A stretch of 64,000 nucleotides of DNA, from NCBI GenBank assembly GCA_003602575.1, contig QQRY01000059.1, positions 145 to 64,144 on the forward strand, written 5' to 3'. Made by a program: the position numbers and the translations under genes. The notes beneath the pieces are model-generated. The model was given only the letters and a program-made list of their open reading frames with translations, had not been told where the DNA came from and made no database searches. Every line of letters begins with the position of its first letter. The stretch's first letter is position 1. Positions 47,823-57,801 of the stretch are shown here, piece by piece. Source of the DNA: Candidatus Poseidoniales archaeon (lineage in GTDB: Archaea > Thermoplasmatota > Poseidoniia > Poseidoniales > Poseidoniaceae).

Positions 47823-48617
47823 TCATTTTGACATCTTTGATTTTATCTTATCCAAAATAATTTCCAAATCTTTCTCTCTGACGACTTCATCACAAAACTC
47901 CAAAGGTCTTTCATCCCAAGGGTTGAAGCAAATTGAATAACCTGATTCTTGAAACATACCAATATCTCCTGCTGAATCACCAACAGATGCTGTACGTTTC
48001 TTATTGATTCCAAATCTACGTTGTAACATATTCACAATAGAACCTTTACCATTCATCTGAACCTGATATCTTCCAAAGTCATCAATCAAGAAGTCATCCC
48101 CATATTGTTCTCCCACTAGCCATCCATTTGTGAAAACCGTCAGAAGTGTGTCTTGTCCATTTGCAAATCTTTGCGATGTAAATCTATCAATGCCGCCCCA
48201 TCTACGCTTCCATGGCTTACCATTTGGAAAATGTGCAGCGATATCTCTAGCAGTTTGTTGAAGGCCACCACTAACGATAGCTACTTTAGCACCGTCGTCA
48301 AGAAGTCCTTGTATCAACATGCGCCAATTTTTCATCATTGGCATACCTTCCATATTCTGACGAAGTTCGGAATCAGTTACCGGCTTTTGCGATGAACTTC
48401 TACTCCCTTTAATCAAAGCAATATCAAGTTTAATCCAGTCCCATTCATCTAGTAGACCTTGATTATATAGCTCGAAAGATTCATCATTCGAAAGGCCCAT
48501 TTTGTCATATACAAATTGCCAAGTGGACAAATGGTCAACCAGTACTCTGTCCATATCAAGACACACAAGATAATCTTCTGACTTCATAGAATCACATTCA
48601 CTTACTAGTCCAGTCAT
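47823..48617 (-). CDS. HAD-superfamily hydrolase (phosphoserine-phosphatase-like)
   Basis: Motif I CLDMDRVLVD; motif IV VGDSAGDIGM. Confidence 0.65.
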   Translation of the reverse strand: MTGLVSECDSMKSEDYLVCLDMDRVLVDHLSTWQFVYDKMGLSNDESFELYNQGLLDEWDWIKLDIALIKGSRSSSQKPVTDSELRQNMEGMPMMKNWRMLIQGLLDDGAKVAIVSGGLQQTARDIAAHFPNGKPWKRRWGGIDRFTSQRFANGQDTLLTVFTNGWLVGEQYGDDFLIDDFGRYQVQMNGKGSIVNMLQRRFGINKKRTASVGDSAGDIGMFQESGYSICFNPWDERPLEFCDEVVREKDLEIILDKIKSKMSK

Positions 48618-49431
48618 ATTGAGACTGTATTTGCTCTACTTGCTTACCCATAATGTATAGAATCAAAGCAACCATCATAGCGAAAAGTCCAATCAAAGTC
48701 ATTGCAATAGTTGTTAGAGTTACACTTATTGAGGTTGTATTCAATTCGCTAAAGGTATCCACTACATTGCCTGAAAGTTTGTATCCTAGTACAAAAAGAA
48801 CAATGCCTGGTATACCAAAAAGAAGTAGCGGGTGCCTTGTTTCTAACATCCAATAAAATAATTGTGCGAATCTCGAGGCTGTCGCTAATGATTCTCTCTG
48901 TGGCAATCTAATCGCTTTTTGAGTTGGAGTAACTCTGACTTTTAGATCTTCACTGAAGTCTATTGCATTAGATAATGGTGAAGTTTTTGATAATTCGTAC
49001 AACCCTTCTTTAGATAAAACCATATGAGAGAATTCTATAGAGTCGATTACTAAGTCATTGGCATCTATCAAATTTTCACTATCCTCATTAGTAAATGCTA
49101 TGTATATATCCCAAGACTCTCTAATTCTATTTTCTATTACTGGAAAATCACTCAGTTTCCAGTCATCATTTATCATTAGAACTAAATTTGTCATTTCTTG
49201 ATCTAAATTAGATTCCAAAATAAATTTCGACACTTCTTTACATCCAACTTCTGAGTTATAATGATAAACACGGCAATCAAATTCTTCAGCCAACTCTACA
49301 GTCAAATCATTTGAACCCAAGTCAAAAAATACTACTTCCTGAGAAACCTCTCTGGCTCGAACAATTATAGAAATAATCCTCAATTCGAGATCGCGGCCGA
49401 GTAAAATAATCCTCGAACCTTTATTCTGCAT
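48598..49431 (-). CDS. Degenerate GT2-like membrane protein
   Basis: The N-terminal region parallels the GT2 fold (IISIIVRAREVSQEVVFFDLGSNDLTVELAEE) but lacks a clean DxD motif. Two C-terminal TM helices. Confidence 0.45.
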   Translation of the reverse strand: MQNKGSRIILLGRDLELRIISIIVRAREVSQEVVFFDLGSNDLTVELAEEFDCRVYHYNSEVGCKEVSKFILESNLDQEMTNLVLMINDDWKLSDFPVIENRIRESWDIYIAFTNEDSENLIDANDLVIDSIEFSHMVLSKEGLYELSKTSPLSNAIDFSEDLKVRVTPTQKAIRLPQRESLATASRFAQLFYWMLETRHPLLLFGIPGIVLFVLGYKLSGNVVDTFSELNTTSISVTLTTIAMTLIGLFAMMVALILYIMGKQVEQIQSQYDWTSK

Positions 49432-49525
49432 GGCCGTGTCACAGGGTTTTACCTTTCAAACCTATCATGAAAAATAACTAATTATATCTAAAATTAAAGT
49501 AAAAATAACTTATCAAGTACTTTAT

Positions 49526-50488
49526 TTGATATGCCTTATTGGAAGGATTGTGTACCACAAATGGCGTGTAGGTGTTGTTATCCCCGCACGTAATGAAGAG
49601 AATTTCATAGGCACTGTTTTGAGCGATATTCCGAAATTAGTCGATGATGTTATTGTGGTAAATGATGGTTCGACAGATTCTACCGAAGAGGTTGCAAGTA
49701 ATTATTTTGAAGAGGATTATAATCTAGAGATAATTCAAAATCATGGACAGGGAGTCGGTTCGTCTATTGACAGAGGACATCGCAAATTATTGGAAATCTG
49801 TGAAAAGCCATTCATCAGTGTAGTGATGGCTGGCGATGGACAAATGGATCCTGATGATATAGAAAAACTCCTATACCCGATTATTAATGGCGAAGCGGAT
49901 TATTCTAAAGGAGATAGATTTATTCATCCAAAAAATGCCTCCAATATGCCTAAAATCAGAAAACTAGCGAGTATGATTCTAGCTTTTTTCACAACGCTTG
50001 CAGCAGGTCAGAGAATATCTGACCCACAGTGCGGATATACTGCTACCAGTTTCAGAGTGATTGAATCTTGGAACTGGAATAAATCTTGGAAGGGTTATGG
50101 ATATCCTAATTATTGGCTAATCAATCTTGCCAAGATGTCTTGGAGAATATCTCATGTACCGGTTAAATCAATTTATGGTACAGAGAAATCTGGCATAAAT
50201 AATGTATCATTTTTCTTTAAAGTAGGACTTATGATGGCTATTCAACACCATCGCAGAGTATTTTCGAAACTATTCTCAAAAGATATAAATCCGCATATTA
50301 TTTTTTCATTCACCTCCTATTTCATCGGTTGGATTGCTATCTTACCTTGGACTAGTACCGATTTGGAACGGACATTAGTGGAAAGAGGGATTCCGATTTA
50401 TCTCATAGTATTGGTTTCTTGGACTGCAGCCCATATCTTTGACAGACTTTCTGTAAATGTATCAAAGGAGTTGAAGCATAATGCGTAG
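49526..50488 (+). CDS. Family-2 glycosyltransferase with C-terminal TM region
   Basis: Motifs VVIPARNEENFIG, VVNDGSTDST and AGDGQMDP. The start codon is uncertain (TTG at 49526 or GTG at 49550). Confidence 0.75.
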   Translation: MICLIGRIVYHKWRVGVVIPARNEENFIGTVLSDIPKLVDDVIVVNDGSTDSTEEVASNYFEEDYNLEIIQNHGQGVGSSIDRGHRKLLEICEKPFISVVMAGDGQMDPDDIEKLLYPIINGEADYSKGDRFIHPKNASNMPKIRKLASMILAFFTTLAAGQRISDPQCGYTATSFRVIESWNWNKSWKGYGYPNYWLINLAKMSWRISHVPVKSIYGTEKSGINNVSFFFKVGLMMAIQHHRRVFSKLFSKDINPHIIFSFTSYFIGWIAILPWTSTDLERTLVERGIPIYLIVLVSWTAAHIFDRLSVNVSKELKHNA

Positions 50489-50813
50489 AATGGATAAGAG
50501 AAATAACCCTAGAAAAGCACACGTAAGACATATTCTAGTTGCCAACAAACCTGAGGCAAGAGATATATTGGAACAAATTCAAAATTCAAAAAAACCATTC
50601 AAGGAATTCAAAAAGATGGCTAAAAGATTCTCCAACTGTGCCAGTGGAAGTAAAAAAGGAGACTTAGGCGAATTTATTGAAGGACAGATGGTTTTAGATT
50701 TTGAAAAGGCTGTTTGGGCTACAGAGCCTGAATCAGTCCCTGCTAAATTCATCAAGACACAATTTGGATATCACATTATTTGGGTACATTCGAAAACAGA
50801 CAGTAGTGAATAA
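50481..50813 (+). CDS. Parvulin-type peptidyl-prolyl cis-trans isomerase
   Basis: Motifs HVRHILV, SGSKKGDLGEF and TQFGYHIIWV. AAGGAG lies upstream. Confidence 0.85.
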   Translation: MRRMDKRNNPRKAHVRHILVANKPEARDILEQIQNSKKPFKEFKKMAKRFSNCASGSKKGDLGEFIEGQMVLDFEKAVWATEPESVPAKFIKTQFGYHIIWVHSKTDSSE

Positions 50814-50814
50814 A

Positions 50815-50892
50815 TGGTGGGCGTACCAAGATTTGAACTTGGGTCCAAGCGTCCCAAACGCCCGAGTATAGGCCAAACTAACCCATACGCCC
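50815..50892 (-). tRNA. tRNA-Pro (anticodon UGG), CCA encoded
   Basis: The reverse complement is GGGCGUA...UACGCCC-ACCA. Anticodon arm GGGCG-UUUGGGA-CGCUU. T arm CCAAG-UUCAAAU-CUUGG. Confidence 0.8.
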
Positions 50893-50926
50893 GTAGTTCT
50901 TGGCCACAACTTCATACCTATGAAGT

Positions 50927-51358
50927 TCACTCAAGAAATTGCCATTTACCACTTTCAATTCTAATGACCAAACCTTGAGTCTCTACATGTTCCATGAAAT
51001 CCACTACATCAATTTCTAAACCATTTTTCTTCAATTTTTGAACTACTATTTTTTGATGGATTATTCCGTTGTCATCACATGAATCTTTGACTACTCGTAA
51101 TCCTAATGATGGATTGTATTCTTTGGTGACTAAAAATGAATCTTCGGAAAGTTTTGAATGAAGTTGTGCCCTTAGTTCCTCAGGAGTATTAGCCAATACT
51201 ACTTTCATTCTCAATTCATTAGAATCTGTTGCTTTATCTACAACTTCTGAGTTATCACCTATTCTTTGACCACAATGAGGGCATGAATGACCGGTACTTT
51301 TGCGTCCATGACAGATCTTACATGCAGGACATCTCAAAACCAACCAAGAATCAGCCAT
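50927..51358 (-). CDS. Hypothetical protein with N-terminal zinc ribbon
   Basis: LRCPACKICHGRKSTGHSCPHCGQ at the N-terminus, followed by a ~100-aa globular region. Confidence 0.5.
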   Translation of the reverse strand: MADSWLVLRCPACKICHGRKSTGHSCPHCGQRIGDNSEVVDKATDSNELRMKVVLANTPEELRAQLHSKLSEDSFLVTKEYNPSLGLRVVKDSCDDNGIIHQKIVVQKLKKNGLEIDVVDFMEHVETQGLVIRIESGKWQFLE

Positions 51359-51393
51359 AGTAGTCTGTTAATTCGAGAGTTTTTGAAGATGCC

Positions 51394-52080
51394 TTACAAA
51401 CTGAAATCCGAATTACCACTATTTCTTCTTCCACCAGGCCTCATTGCTGGAGCAGCAGGTGCTTTGACATCCACTCTTTTTTGCTGATTATCTAAAGGTA
51501 CTGTTAACCCTCCTCTAATTGGTCCAGTTGAGGTCTTACCACCAAATGAAAGTGAATTTGGTAGAATCAAAGCTGCCATTGCAACACCATGGTGTTCTGC
51601 ACCAGCAGTTACTTCATCGACCGCTACATCAAACGAAACTACCTCGAGGTCTCTACTTGCTAATCGTCTCTGTAAATTTCGCCTCAAGAGAAGTGAAGTT
51701 TCCTCATAATCTAATTCAGTAGATATAGTCGCAACAACTGCACATTCATCGCCTTCTGGAGTCACACAAGATGCCCATGCAACTCCTGCGCATGCACTTC
51801 CTCCATTATACGAATATGAGGTTGCAATATGGCACTCCACCAATGAACCCAAAGGTAGCGGGCGCGGGGGGGTTGCTTCAAAATTCAATGGCAACATTGC
51901 TCCTTTGACTTCAATTAGCCTTGTATCTCCAAGACCCATTTCAACTAAGCCTTGGTCATATGCATCTTCAGCATTTTCGCCCCATGGGGCAACTGCTGTC
52001 ATCAACCAACCCTGACAAGTTTTCCGTACTCTACCCGGCTTCATGTTACAAGACAAACGCAAGAGGTTCATGAACAACAT
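51394..52080 (-). CDS. Pyruvoyl-dependent arginine decarboxylase (PvlArgDC)-like protein lacking the processing serine, with Gly/Arg-rich tail
   Basis: GENAEDAYDQGLVEMGLGDTRLIEVKGAMLP...LPLGSLVE aligns by eye to the PdaD pattern GE..LNAFD.AL...GIGN.[11 protein letters not shown]...LP.GALV. Confidence 0.4.
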   Translation of the reverse strand: MLFMNLLRLSCNMKPGRVRKTCQGWLMTAVAPWGENAEDAYDQGLVEMGLGDTRLIEVKGAMLPLNFEATPPRPLPLGSLVECHIATSYSYNGGSACAGVAWASCVTPEGDECAVVATISTELDYEETSLLLRRNLQRRLASRDLEVVSFDVAVDEVTAGAEHHGVAMAALILPNSLSFGGKTSTGPIRGGLTVPLDNQQKRVDVKAPAAPAMRPGGRRNSGNSDFSL

Positions 52081-52094
52081 GGTTATCGCAATGT

Positions 52095-52400
52095 ATGGTC
52101 GCAGGTTATCGCAAGGTGATTTTAGCGGCCGCTGCTGGACTTATTCTCATCTCAATAATGCTGGCTAGTATTGATGAGAATACATCCAGTATCTTGATTT
52201 TTACAACAATCTTTTCTTCGGCGATAGTAATTCTTTATTGGAAACTATTCGATTCTAATGAAGATAAAGATAATTCTAATTCTGCATCACCAATAAAGAC
52301 ACAAGCAAATATTGGAAAGTCTTCGCCCAATACGGTTTCTTCGATAAGAAGTAAAGTCCCTGACCCACTGGAAGAAGATATTGACATACCACTTATGTGA
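52095..52400 (+). CDS. Small two-TM membrane protein
   Basis: 101 aa with two hydrophobic helices and a hydrophilic tail. Confidence 0.45.
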   Translation: MVAGYRKVILAAAAGLILISIMLASIDENTSSILIFTTIFSSAIVILYWKLFDSNEDKDNSNSASPIKTQANIGKSSPNTVSSIRSKVPDPLEEDIDIPLM

Positions 52401-54305
52401 TCAAAGTAATCTTACTGTTTCAAGATTCTTTGGAGCATAAGTACGACACTTGTACCTCTCTCTTAGAGTATGCCCAAGTTCGTTACACTTGTGATAATCT
52501 CCATGATGGCAAATAATATTCTTAGGTTTAGGATGTAACTGGTCAACAAATTCTAGCAATTGTCTTCTATCAGAATGTCCTGAGAAACCATCGATAGTCA
52601 ACATTTCACAACCTACCTTGACAATTTCGGTTTTTCCATTAATCACCATAGGAACTTCTCCAAATCCTTTTTGCAATCTTCTTCCAAGTGTACCCTCTGC
52701 TTGGTATCCGACAAAACATAGAGAGTTTCTCTCTTCATGAGCCCAGTTCTTGAAATATTCCATAACAGGACCACCATTCAACATACCTGAAGTTGCAAGA
52801 ACAATACATGGAGATGTATCCATCATTATACTCTCTCGAAGTTCACGGCCTTTTACAGGTCTAAACCATTCGCTAGTGAATGGATTCTCCCCATCATCTT
52901 GCAATAATGATTTTCTAAGGCTGCTGGTGAGGTAATCAGGGTGTGAAGAATGAATTGCTGTTGCTTCCTGAATCATTCCATCGAGCCATACAGGAACTGG
53001 CTTAACAGTTCCTGATCTAAATAATTCATCGATTGCAATCATTACTTCTTGGCTTCTACCTACAGCAAAAACAGGACAAATCATTTTGCCGCCTCTTTGA
53101 ATGGTTCTTGCTACAATGTCTTGTAATTCTTGATTAGCCTCTTGTCTGGAAGGTTGATAATCGCCTGAAGCACCATAAGTAGATTCGATGACCAAAGTCT
53201 CAACCTTTGGAAATCTTGTATTAGCAGCGTCAAATAACCAGGACTTCTCGTACTTTTGGTCTCCACTAAATACAATGTTATGCTTACCTTCACCAATGTG
53301 TAGATGTACTGCTGAAGAGCCAAGAATATGTCCTGCATTGGAGAAAGTCAACTTGATATCTGGAGATATATCTGTGGTTTCACCCCAATCAACATCCACT
53401 ACATGCTTCATACATGTTCTAATATCTTCCATATCATAAGCAGGGCTTCTACCTTCTGCCCCGCTGACCTTGATATAATCGGACTGAAGAATGAGCATCA
53501 AATCACGAGTCGGTGGAGTGCAATATACAGGTCCACGGTATCCATATTTGAATAAAACTGGCAACATTCCAGCATGATCTAGATGTGAGTGAGTCAAAAC
53601 TACAGCATCGAGTTTTTCTAAAGGAAGAGCCTCGGGGGCGGTAAAGAAAGGCATTGGGTCTGTGGTAGAAGCAATGTTGACTCCTACGTCAATCATAACT
53701 CGTGATTCATTGGTAGTTACAAAGTGACAAGCTCTACCCACTTCTCTGTACGAACCTAAAGCAGTGACTCTTGCCCATGATGTGCCAGGGCGTGTTGGCC
53801 TGTGCATATTGAGCCCGAAATCTTTCAATAATTTACGACGTTCTTCAGCATTAGCATTGCGATATCCTCTGATATCATGAACTGTCTTTGAGAAAATTGG
53901 TGGAGTTCTTTCAACAATAGGAATCCATCCAGTTTTTTCTCTTATTTCAGCAACATTTGCACCTCTACGACCAACTGCATCACCGGGATTTTGACACTGA
54001 ATTATTACTTCACTAAAGCAACCGTCAAAATAAATTTGAGTTAGTTCTGCACTTTCTGGAATTAGAGATTCAATTATTGATTTAGCTTCTAATTCTGGCT
54101 TGACTATTGACTTATCTGGTCTAACTTTTATCTTTCTGCGAATCTTCTTAGCAATCTTTCCAACAAGTCCATCTCCCCCACCAAACTTCTTTGGTTCAGT
54201 TGTGACAATTGCAATATTTCCTGCTTCTAACTCAACTGTATAATCAATTGATTTAGGCACAATCTTAGATATCTCATCTTTCAATTCTTTAAATGTAAGG
54301 CGCAT
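52401..54305 (-). CDS. aCPSF1/FttA: KH-domain beta-CASP metallo-beta-lactamase ribonuclease
   Basis: N-terminal KH region, HSHLDHAG motif and beta-CASP C-terminus ending HHGD. The ATG at 54305 (MRLTFKELK) gives the canonical ~634 aa and removes the overlap with psmB. Confidence 0.9.
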   Translation of the reverse strand: MRLTFKELKDEISKIVPKSIDYTVELEAGNIAIVTTEPKKFGGGDGLVGKIAKKIRRKIKVRPDKSIVKPELEAKSIIESLIPESAELTQIYFDGCFSEVIIQCQNPGDAVGRRGANVAEIREKTGWIPIVERTPPIFSKTVHDIRGYRNANAEERRKLLKDFGLNMHRPTRPGTSWARVTALGSYREVGRACHFVTTNESRVMIDVGVNIASTTDPMPFFTAPEALPLEKLDAVVLTHSHLDHAGMLPVLFKYGYRGPVYCTPPTRDLMLILQSDYIKVSGAEGRSPAYDMEDIRTCMKHVVDVDWGETTDISPDIKLTFSNAGHILGSSAVHLHIGEGKHNIVFSGDQKYEKSWLFDAANTRFPKVETLVIESTYGASGDYQPSRQEANQELQDIVARTIQRGGKMICPVFAVGRSQEVMIAIDELFRSGTVKPVPVWLDGMIQEATAIHSSHPDYLTSSLRKSLLQDDGENPFTSEWFRPVKGRELRESIMMDTSPCIVLATSGMLNGGPVMEYFKNWAHEERNSLCFVGYQAEGTLGRRLQKGFGEVPMVINGKTEIVKVGCEMLTIDGFSGHSDRRQLLEFVDQLHPKPKNIICHHGDYHKCNELGHTLRERYKCRTYAPKNLETVRLL

Positions 54306-54378
54306 ATTAAAACCTCTTATCCACAACTCAGACAACAATGTGTACTTGACACAATGCAGCGAACTGCGGGAAAATAAT

Positions 54379-55002
54379 TCAAGAAAGTAGTTTCTTGATT
54401 TGGTCTTGGGAAACTTGTACGTAACCATCTTTAGCAGTGATTACGGCCAAATCCATTCCATTGCCGGAGGCCGCATCACGCTGCCCCGATGCGTGAAGGG
54501 AGCGTGCTGCCAGTTTCAATGCTTCGGTCTCAGTCATATTGTCTTTAAATCCATCTTCAAGGACACCATACATGTACGGAGAGCCAGAACCGGTGGCACA
54601 ATATTTGTCAGGAATTGAACCGCCAGCAGAATCGATTGAGTACACATGCCCGCCATCCGGATCAACTCCAACGATTAGTAATTGTACCCAATGTGGCCTT
54701 CCTGAAAGAATATTTGCGGTCAATGTTGCCGCTCCTTTAACGGTCATTGGTTGCTGCCTTCTAAGTTCAAAAAGAGCAACTTCTGCAGAAAGTGTACGGG
54801 AAAGAGACTGAGCATGCCCAACTAATCCTGCAGTTGTTAATGCTAGATTTTCACCTATTTTGAATAACTTCTGGACACTTTTGTTAGCGATAAAATGACC
54901 CATGGTCGCCCTATGGTCTGCTCCAACAACTACTCCACCCTTGAAAGTAATGCCTATGGTACTGGTTCCTGTCTTGACAACATTTGCTTCTGCATTCATC
55001 AT
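54379..55002 (-). CDS. psmB: Proteasome subunit beta
   Basis: Short propeptide, then TSTIGITFKGGVVVGADHRAT. The ATG at 55002 is preceded by GGAGA. The longer ORF (to 55227) is an artefactual extension. Confidence 0.9.
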   Translation of the reverse strand: MMNAEANVVKTGTSTIGITFKGGVVVGADHRATMGHFIANKSVQKLFKIGENLALTTAGLVGHAQSLSRTLSAEVALFELRRQQPMTVKGAATLTANILSGRPHWVQLLIVGVDPDGGHVYSIDSAGGSIPDKYCATGSGSPYMYGVLEDGFKDNMTETEALKLAARSLHASGQRDAASGNGMDLAVITAKDGYVQVSQDQIKKLLS

Positions 55003-55166
55003 ATCTCCTCGCTGTAATCGACACCTATTGAACATTGGTGCGATTTCCCCTAAACTTGATTGTATTTCAACCCCCCGAAATGGCGACAGTACAATCATAG
55101 CAAAAATAACCTCTGACGGTAGATTTGATGGGAGTGTTCTTGAAGCGTTACCTTTCAGGGGGGGAC

Positions 55167-55751
55167 ATGAGGAGGAAAAAAGGCGTCGAGAAAGATGATG
55201 CACAGTCCTCATTAGATGCATTCTCAAATGTCAATATACCCGAGATGCCTGATTTGGATAGTCTTGCAAAAGCAGATAAAATACTCAAGAATGAGAAAAA
55301 GTTGAATTCCCATGATGAGACTGAGGGATTGAATACCTTCGAAATGCCAAGTATGTCTCCGGTTAAAGAAAAACCTGCAGCACCTAGTGGGCTAATTTAT
55401 CATGACCTCGAAAAATTATATTCTGACCCCCCAATAAAAGAAAACAACAGCGGTTTAGTAGTTCACAGAGCGGTTTTAAATGACATAACAGGTTGTCCTA
55501 CACTACTCAATTGGCTTTCTGATGGACATGCAGCGATAGTTGAAATGAATCGATTGGTTAAGAGAGAAACTGAATTTTCATCAGCCATCAATCAACTTCA
55601 TACTTTCATAGAGGGAGACTTAGGAGGTCAAATAATTCAAATTACAGACAGTCGGTTAATGCTTTTACCACCAGGATGTCGTGGAGTTAAAGGAATAGAA
55701 ATGGAAGCATTCGCGGCTAGTGCAGAAGATCTTGGCAGGCGAAGATTATGA
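55167..55751 (+). CDS. sepF: SepF-like cell-division protein with long N-terminal extension
   Basis: The C-terminal ~90 aa, VVHRAVLNDITGCPTLLNWLSDGHAAIVEMNRL...FIEGDLGGQIIQITDSRLMLLPPG, match the SepF/DUF552 pattern. Confidence 0.65.
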   Translation: MRRKKGVEKDDAQSSLDAFSNVNIPEMPDLDSLAKADKILKNEKKLNSHDETEGLNTFEMPSMSPVKEKPAAPSGLIYHDLEKLYSDPPIKENNSGLVVHRAVLNDITGCPTLLNWLSDGHAAIVEMNRLVKRETEFSSAINQLHTFIEGDLGGQIIQITDSRLMLLPPGCRGVKGIEMEAFAASAEDLGRRRL

Positions 55752-56347
55752 TCGAAGAAAAACCTGTGGACATCCCTTGTCCAATCTGTTCGCTTAAAGG
55801 CGAAGTCAACATGATTGCACATATCAGCGAAATACCTTACTTTGGAGAACATACTCAAGTTACTGTAATGTGCCACAGTTGTGGTTGGAGACAGACGGAT
55901 TTTATTCCAGCAGAAGGAAAAAAAGCTGGTGGATGGACTTTAGTTTTAGAAAATGAGGAGCAACTTAAGTCCAGAATAGTACGTTCATCATCGTGTACAG
56001 TCAGTATACTAGAACTCGATTTACAAGTCAATCCTGGTAGTAGTTCAACTGGATATGTCTCAAATGTTGAAGGTGTACTAAATAGATTTACTAAGATCAT
56101 AGATATGGTACTTGGAGATTTAGATAAAGAAGATTCTATTGAAGATATCGAAAAACTTGAAGCGATGAAATATCAAATCGAAAATGTAGGGACTGATGAT
56201 AATATTAAGTTGACATTAGAATTTCTTGACCCGCATGGACATTCGATGATTATCGATCAGAATGCTACTGAAAGAGAGTTGACAGAAGGGGAATTGGAAA
56301 GTTTACCAGTAGGTCCAGACCCTGCAGTATTTTCCAAAGATGATTAA
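55748..56347 (+). CDS. ZPR1-type zinc-finger protein
   Basis: CPICS...(x29)...CHSCG, followed by the ZPR1 beta-rich module. ATGA overlap with sepF. Confidence 0.7.
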   Translation: MIEEKPVDIPCPICSLKGEVNMIAHISEIPYFGEHTQVTVMCHSCGWRQTDFIPAEGKKAGGWTLVLENEEQLKSRIVRSSSCTVSILELDLQVNPGSSSTGYVSNVEGVLNRFTKIIDMVLGDLDKEDSIEDIEKLEAMKYQIENVGTDDNIKLTLEFLDPHGHSMIIDQNATERELTEGELESLPVGPDPAVFSKDD

Positions 56348-57729
56348 ATCGCATCAGAAGCAAGGAATTCACTAACTAAATGCTCATTTTGTGAACGCTT
56401 TTCATGCAGATCTGAAAGCCAATCAGTAGCCCTATCAATGCATAGTTGCTTCATTTCGCCAGCTAGAATCTTACCCGCTCGATAATCGGAATTGAGCGAC
56501 TGTAAGAATTCATCATCATCTTCAAAGAAGTACATCATGTACTGATATGCAACGTCCACATCAGGGTTACCACCTAACCTTCTATGTTCTTCTATAGTTG
56601 ACTGACCACCAGAATATGCTCGCTTGATTTTCTTGATAACTTGGTCGATATCATCATCTAAGAATAGAGTTGTTTTCGGCTTACTACTACTCATCTTATC
56701 ACCTGTCAAGCCTACTGCAAAGTGATGATATGTCGAAGAGGGTGCCATAAGACCCATTCCTCCTAATTGTCTTTCATACTGTAATAACTTACTACGAATT
56801 CTAATTTTGTCCTTAGATGTTGCCCCTGGAACATTTACAGTACCATTTTTTGGATTAGAAATTATATCAGAAAATCCAAGTGATGTTAGTTGTGAAACTA
56901 TTCCATCAAAAATACTTTTCAGTTTCTGTTTATCGATTCTTCCATTGGGTTGTTGTCCCAAGAGTTCTGCATTATCTTCTTGGATTGAGAGCCCTATCAC
57001 AACTCCTGAATTTTTTCCATCATTGACATTAAACCAATTTGTTTTTGACGCCAAACCCCTAGTCAATCTAAGATGTGGGTCTTGGTCAACGCCGACTGGA
57101 ACAACAATAGGTCGCAAGCCCCCATAGTCCTCAGTTTGCGGATGTAAGATATCACCTACTTGCACCATTGGAGCCTGAACATGGGCTAAATTAGTATCTC
57201 CAGAAAATCCATAAATTGATTCAAACTCATTAAGATTAGTTCTCTTACCCAATTGGAATCCTAGCCTCTGTACAATTGGTCTACTCGATTGAAAATATAC
57301 TTGTGTCTTTTCAGGATCTAATCCTAATGCAGCATAATTAGAGATATATTGGTTTAAGGCAATATCTCTTCCTTTAGAAAGTGAAATACCACGAGTTGCT
57401 TGACTTTCCAAATCTGCAACAGCAATAGTTACATCTCCGCCTTGCTTTTGAAACCACTTTACTTGTTCGATAACCATTGAGTGGCCCATGTGCATTTTTC
57501 CACTAGGCATCAAGCCGGTTAGAACACCAAATTTCCCCCCCGAATTCTTAGCATCAAGGACCACGTCTAAGTCTCTGTGTGCAAAAATTATACCCCTACG
57601 ATGAAGTTTAGATGGTTCTTTCATCTGAACATTATCCATGGATGAAAGACCGAACTGTTCTATAATTCTAGAATAATCAGTAGATTGATTACTGCTCCAA
57701 GGGTCAATCTTAACATCTCCCCCTCCCAT
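56344..57729 (-). CDS. trpS: Tryptophanyl-tRNA synthetase (archaeal/eukaryotic type)
   Basis: HIGH-type motif KMHMGH, KMSKS-type motif KMSSSKP and an N-terminal DPW...DY..II.QFG pattern. Confidence 0.8.
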   Translation of the reverse strand: MGGGDVKIDPWSSNQSTDYSRIIEQFGLSSMDNVQMKEPSKLHRRGIIFAHRDLDVVLDAKNSGGKFGVLTGLMPSGKMHMGHSMVIEQVKWFQKQGGDVTIAVADLESQATRGISLSKGRDIALNQYISNYAALGLDPEKTQVYFQSSRPIVQRLGFQLGKRTNLNEFESIYGFSGDTNLAHVQAPMVQVGDILHPQTEDYGGLRPIVVPVGVDQDPHLRLTRGLASKTNWFNVNDGKNSGVVIGLSIQEDNAELLGQQPNGRIDKQKLKSIFDGIVSQLTSLGFSDIISNPKNGTVNVPGATSKDKIRIRSKLLQYERQLGGMGLMAPSSTYHHFAVGLTGDKMSSSKPKTTLFLDDDIDQVIKKIKRAYSGGQSTIEEHRRLGGNPDVDVAYQYMMYFFEDDDEFLQSLNSDYRAGKILAGEMKQLCIDRATDWLSDLHEKRSQNEHLVSEFLASDAI

Positions 57730-57801
57730 AGAATAGCCTCATATCGTGGGCAGACCAATCAGCCATGAAGGCTTCGCTCATTATCGAGCCAAAGTGCCCT
57801 T

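Noticed and set aside
50733-50930. 65-aa minus-strand ORF
   Set aside because: It spans the tRNA-Pro gene and the 3' end of the parvulin gene, so it is a chance ORF.
54400-55198. Plus-strand ORFs antisense to psmB, and the long N-terminal extensions of the psmB (to 55227) and aCPSF1 (to 54428) ORFs
   Set aside because: Internal ATGs with SD-like motifs give canonical protein lengths (208 aa and 634 aa) and remove the gene overlaps. The extensions have implausible sequence (e.g. MRMHLMRTVHHLSRRLFSSSCPP).
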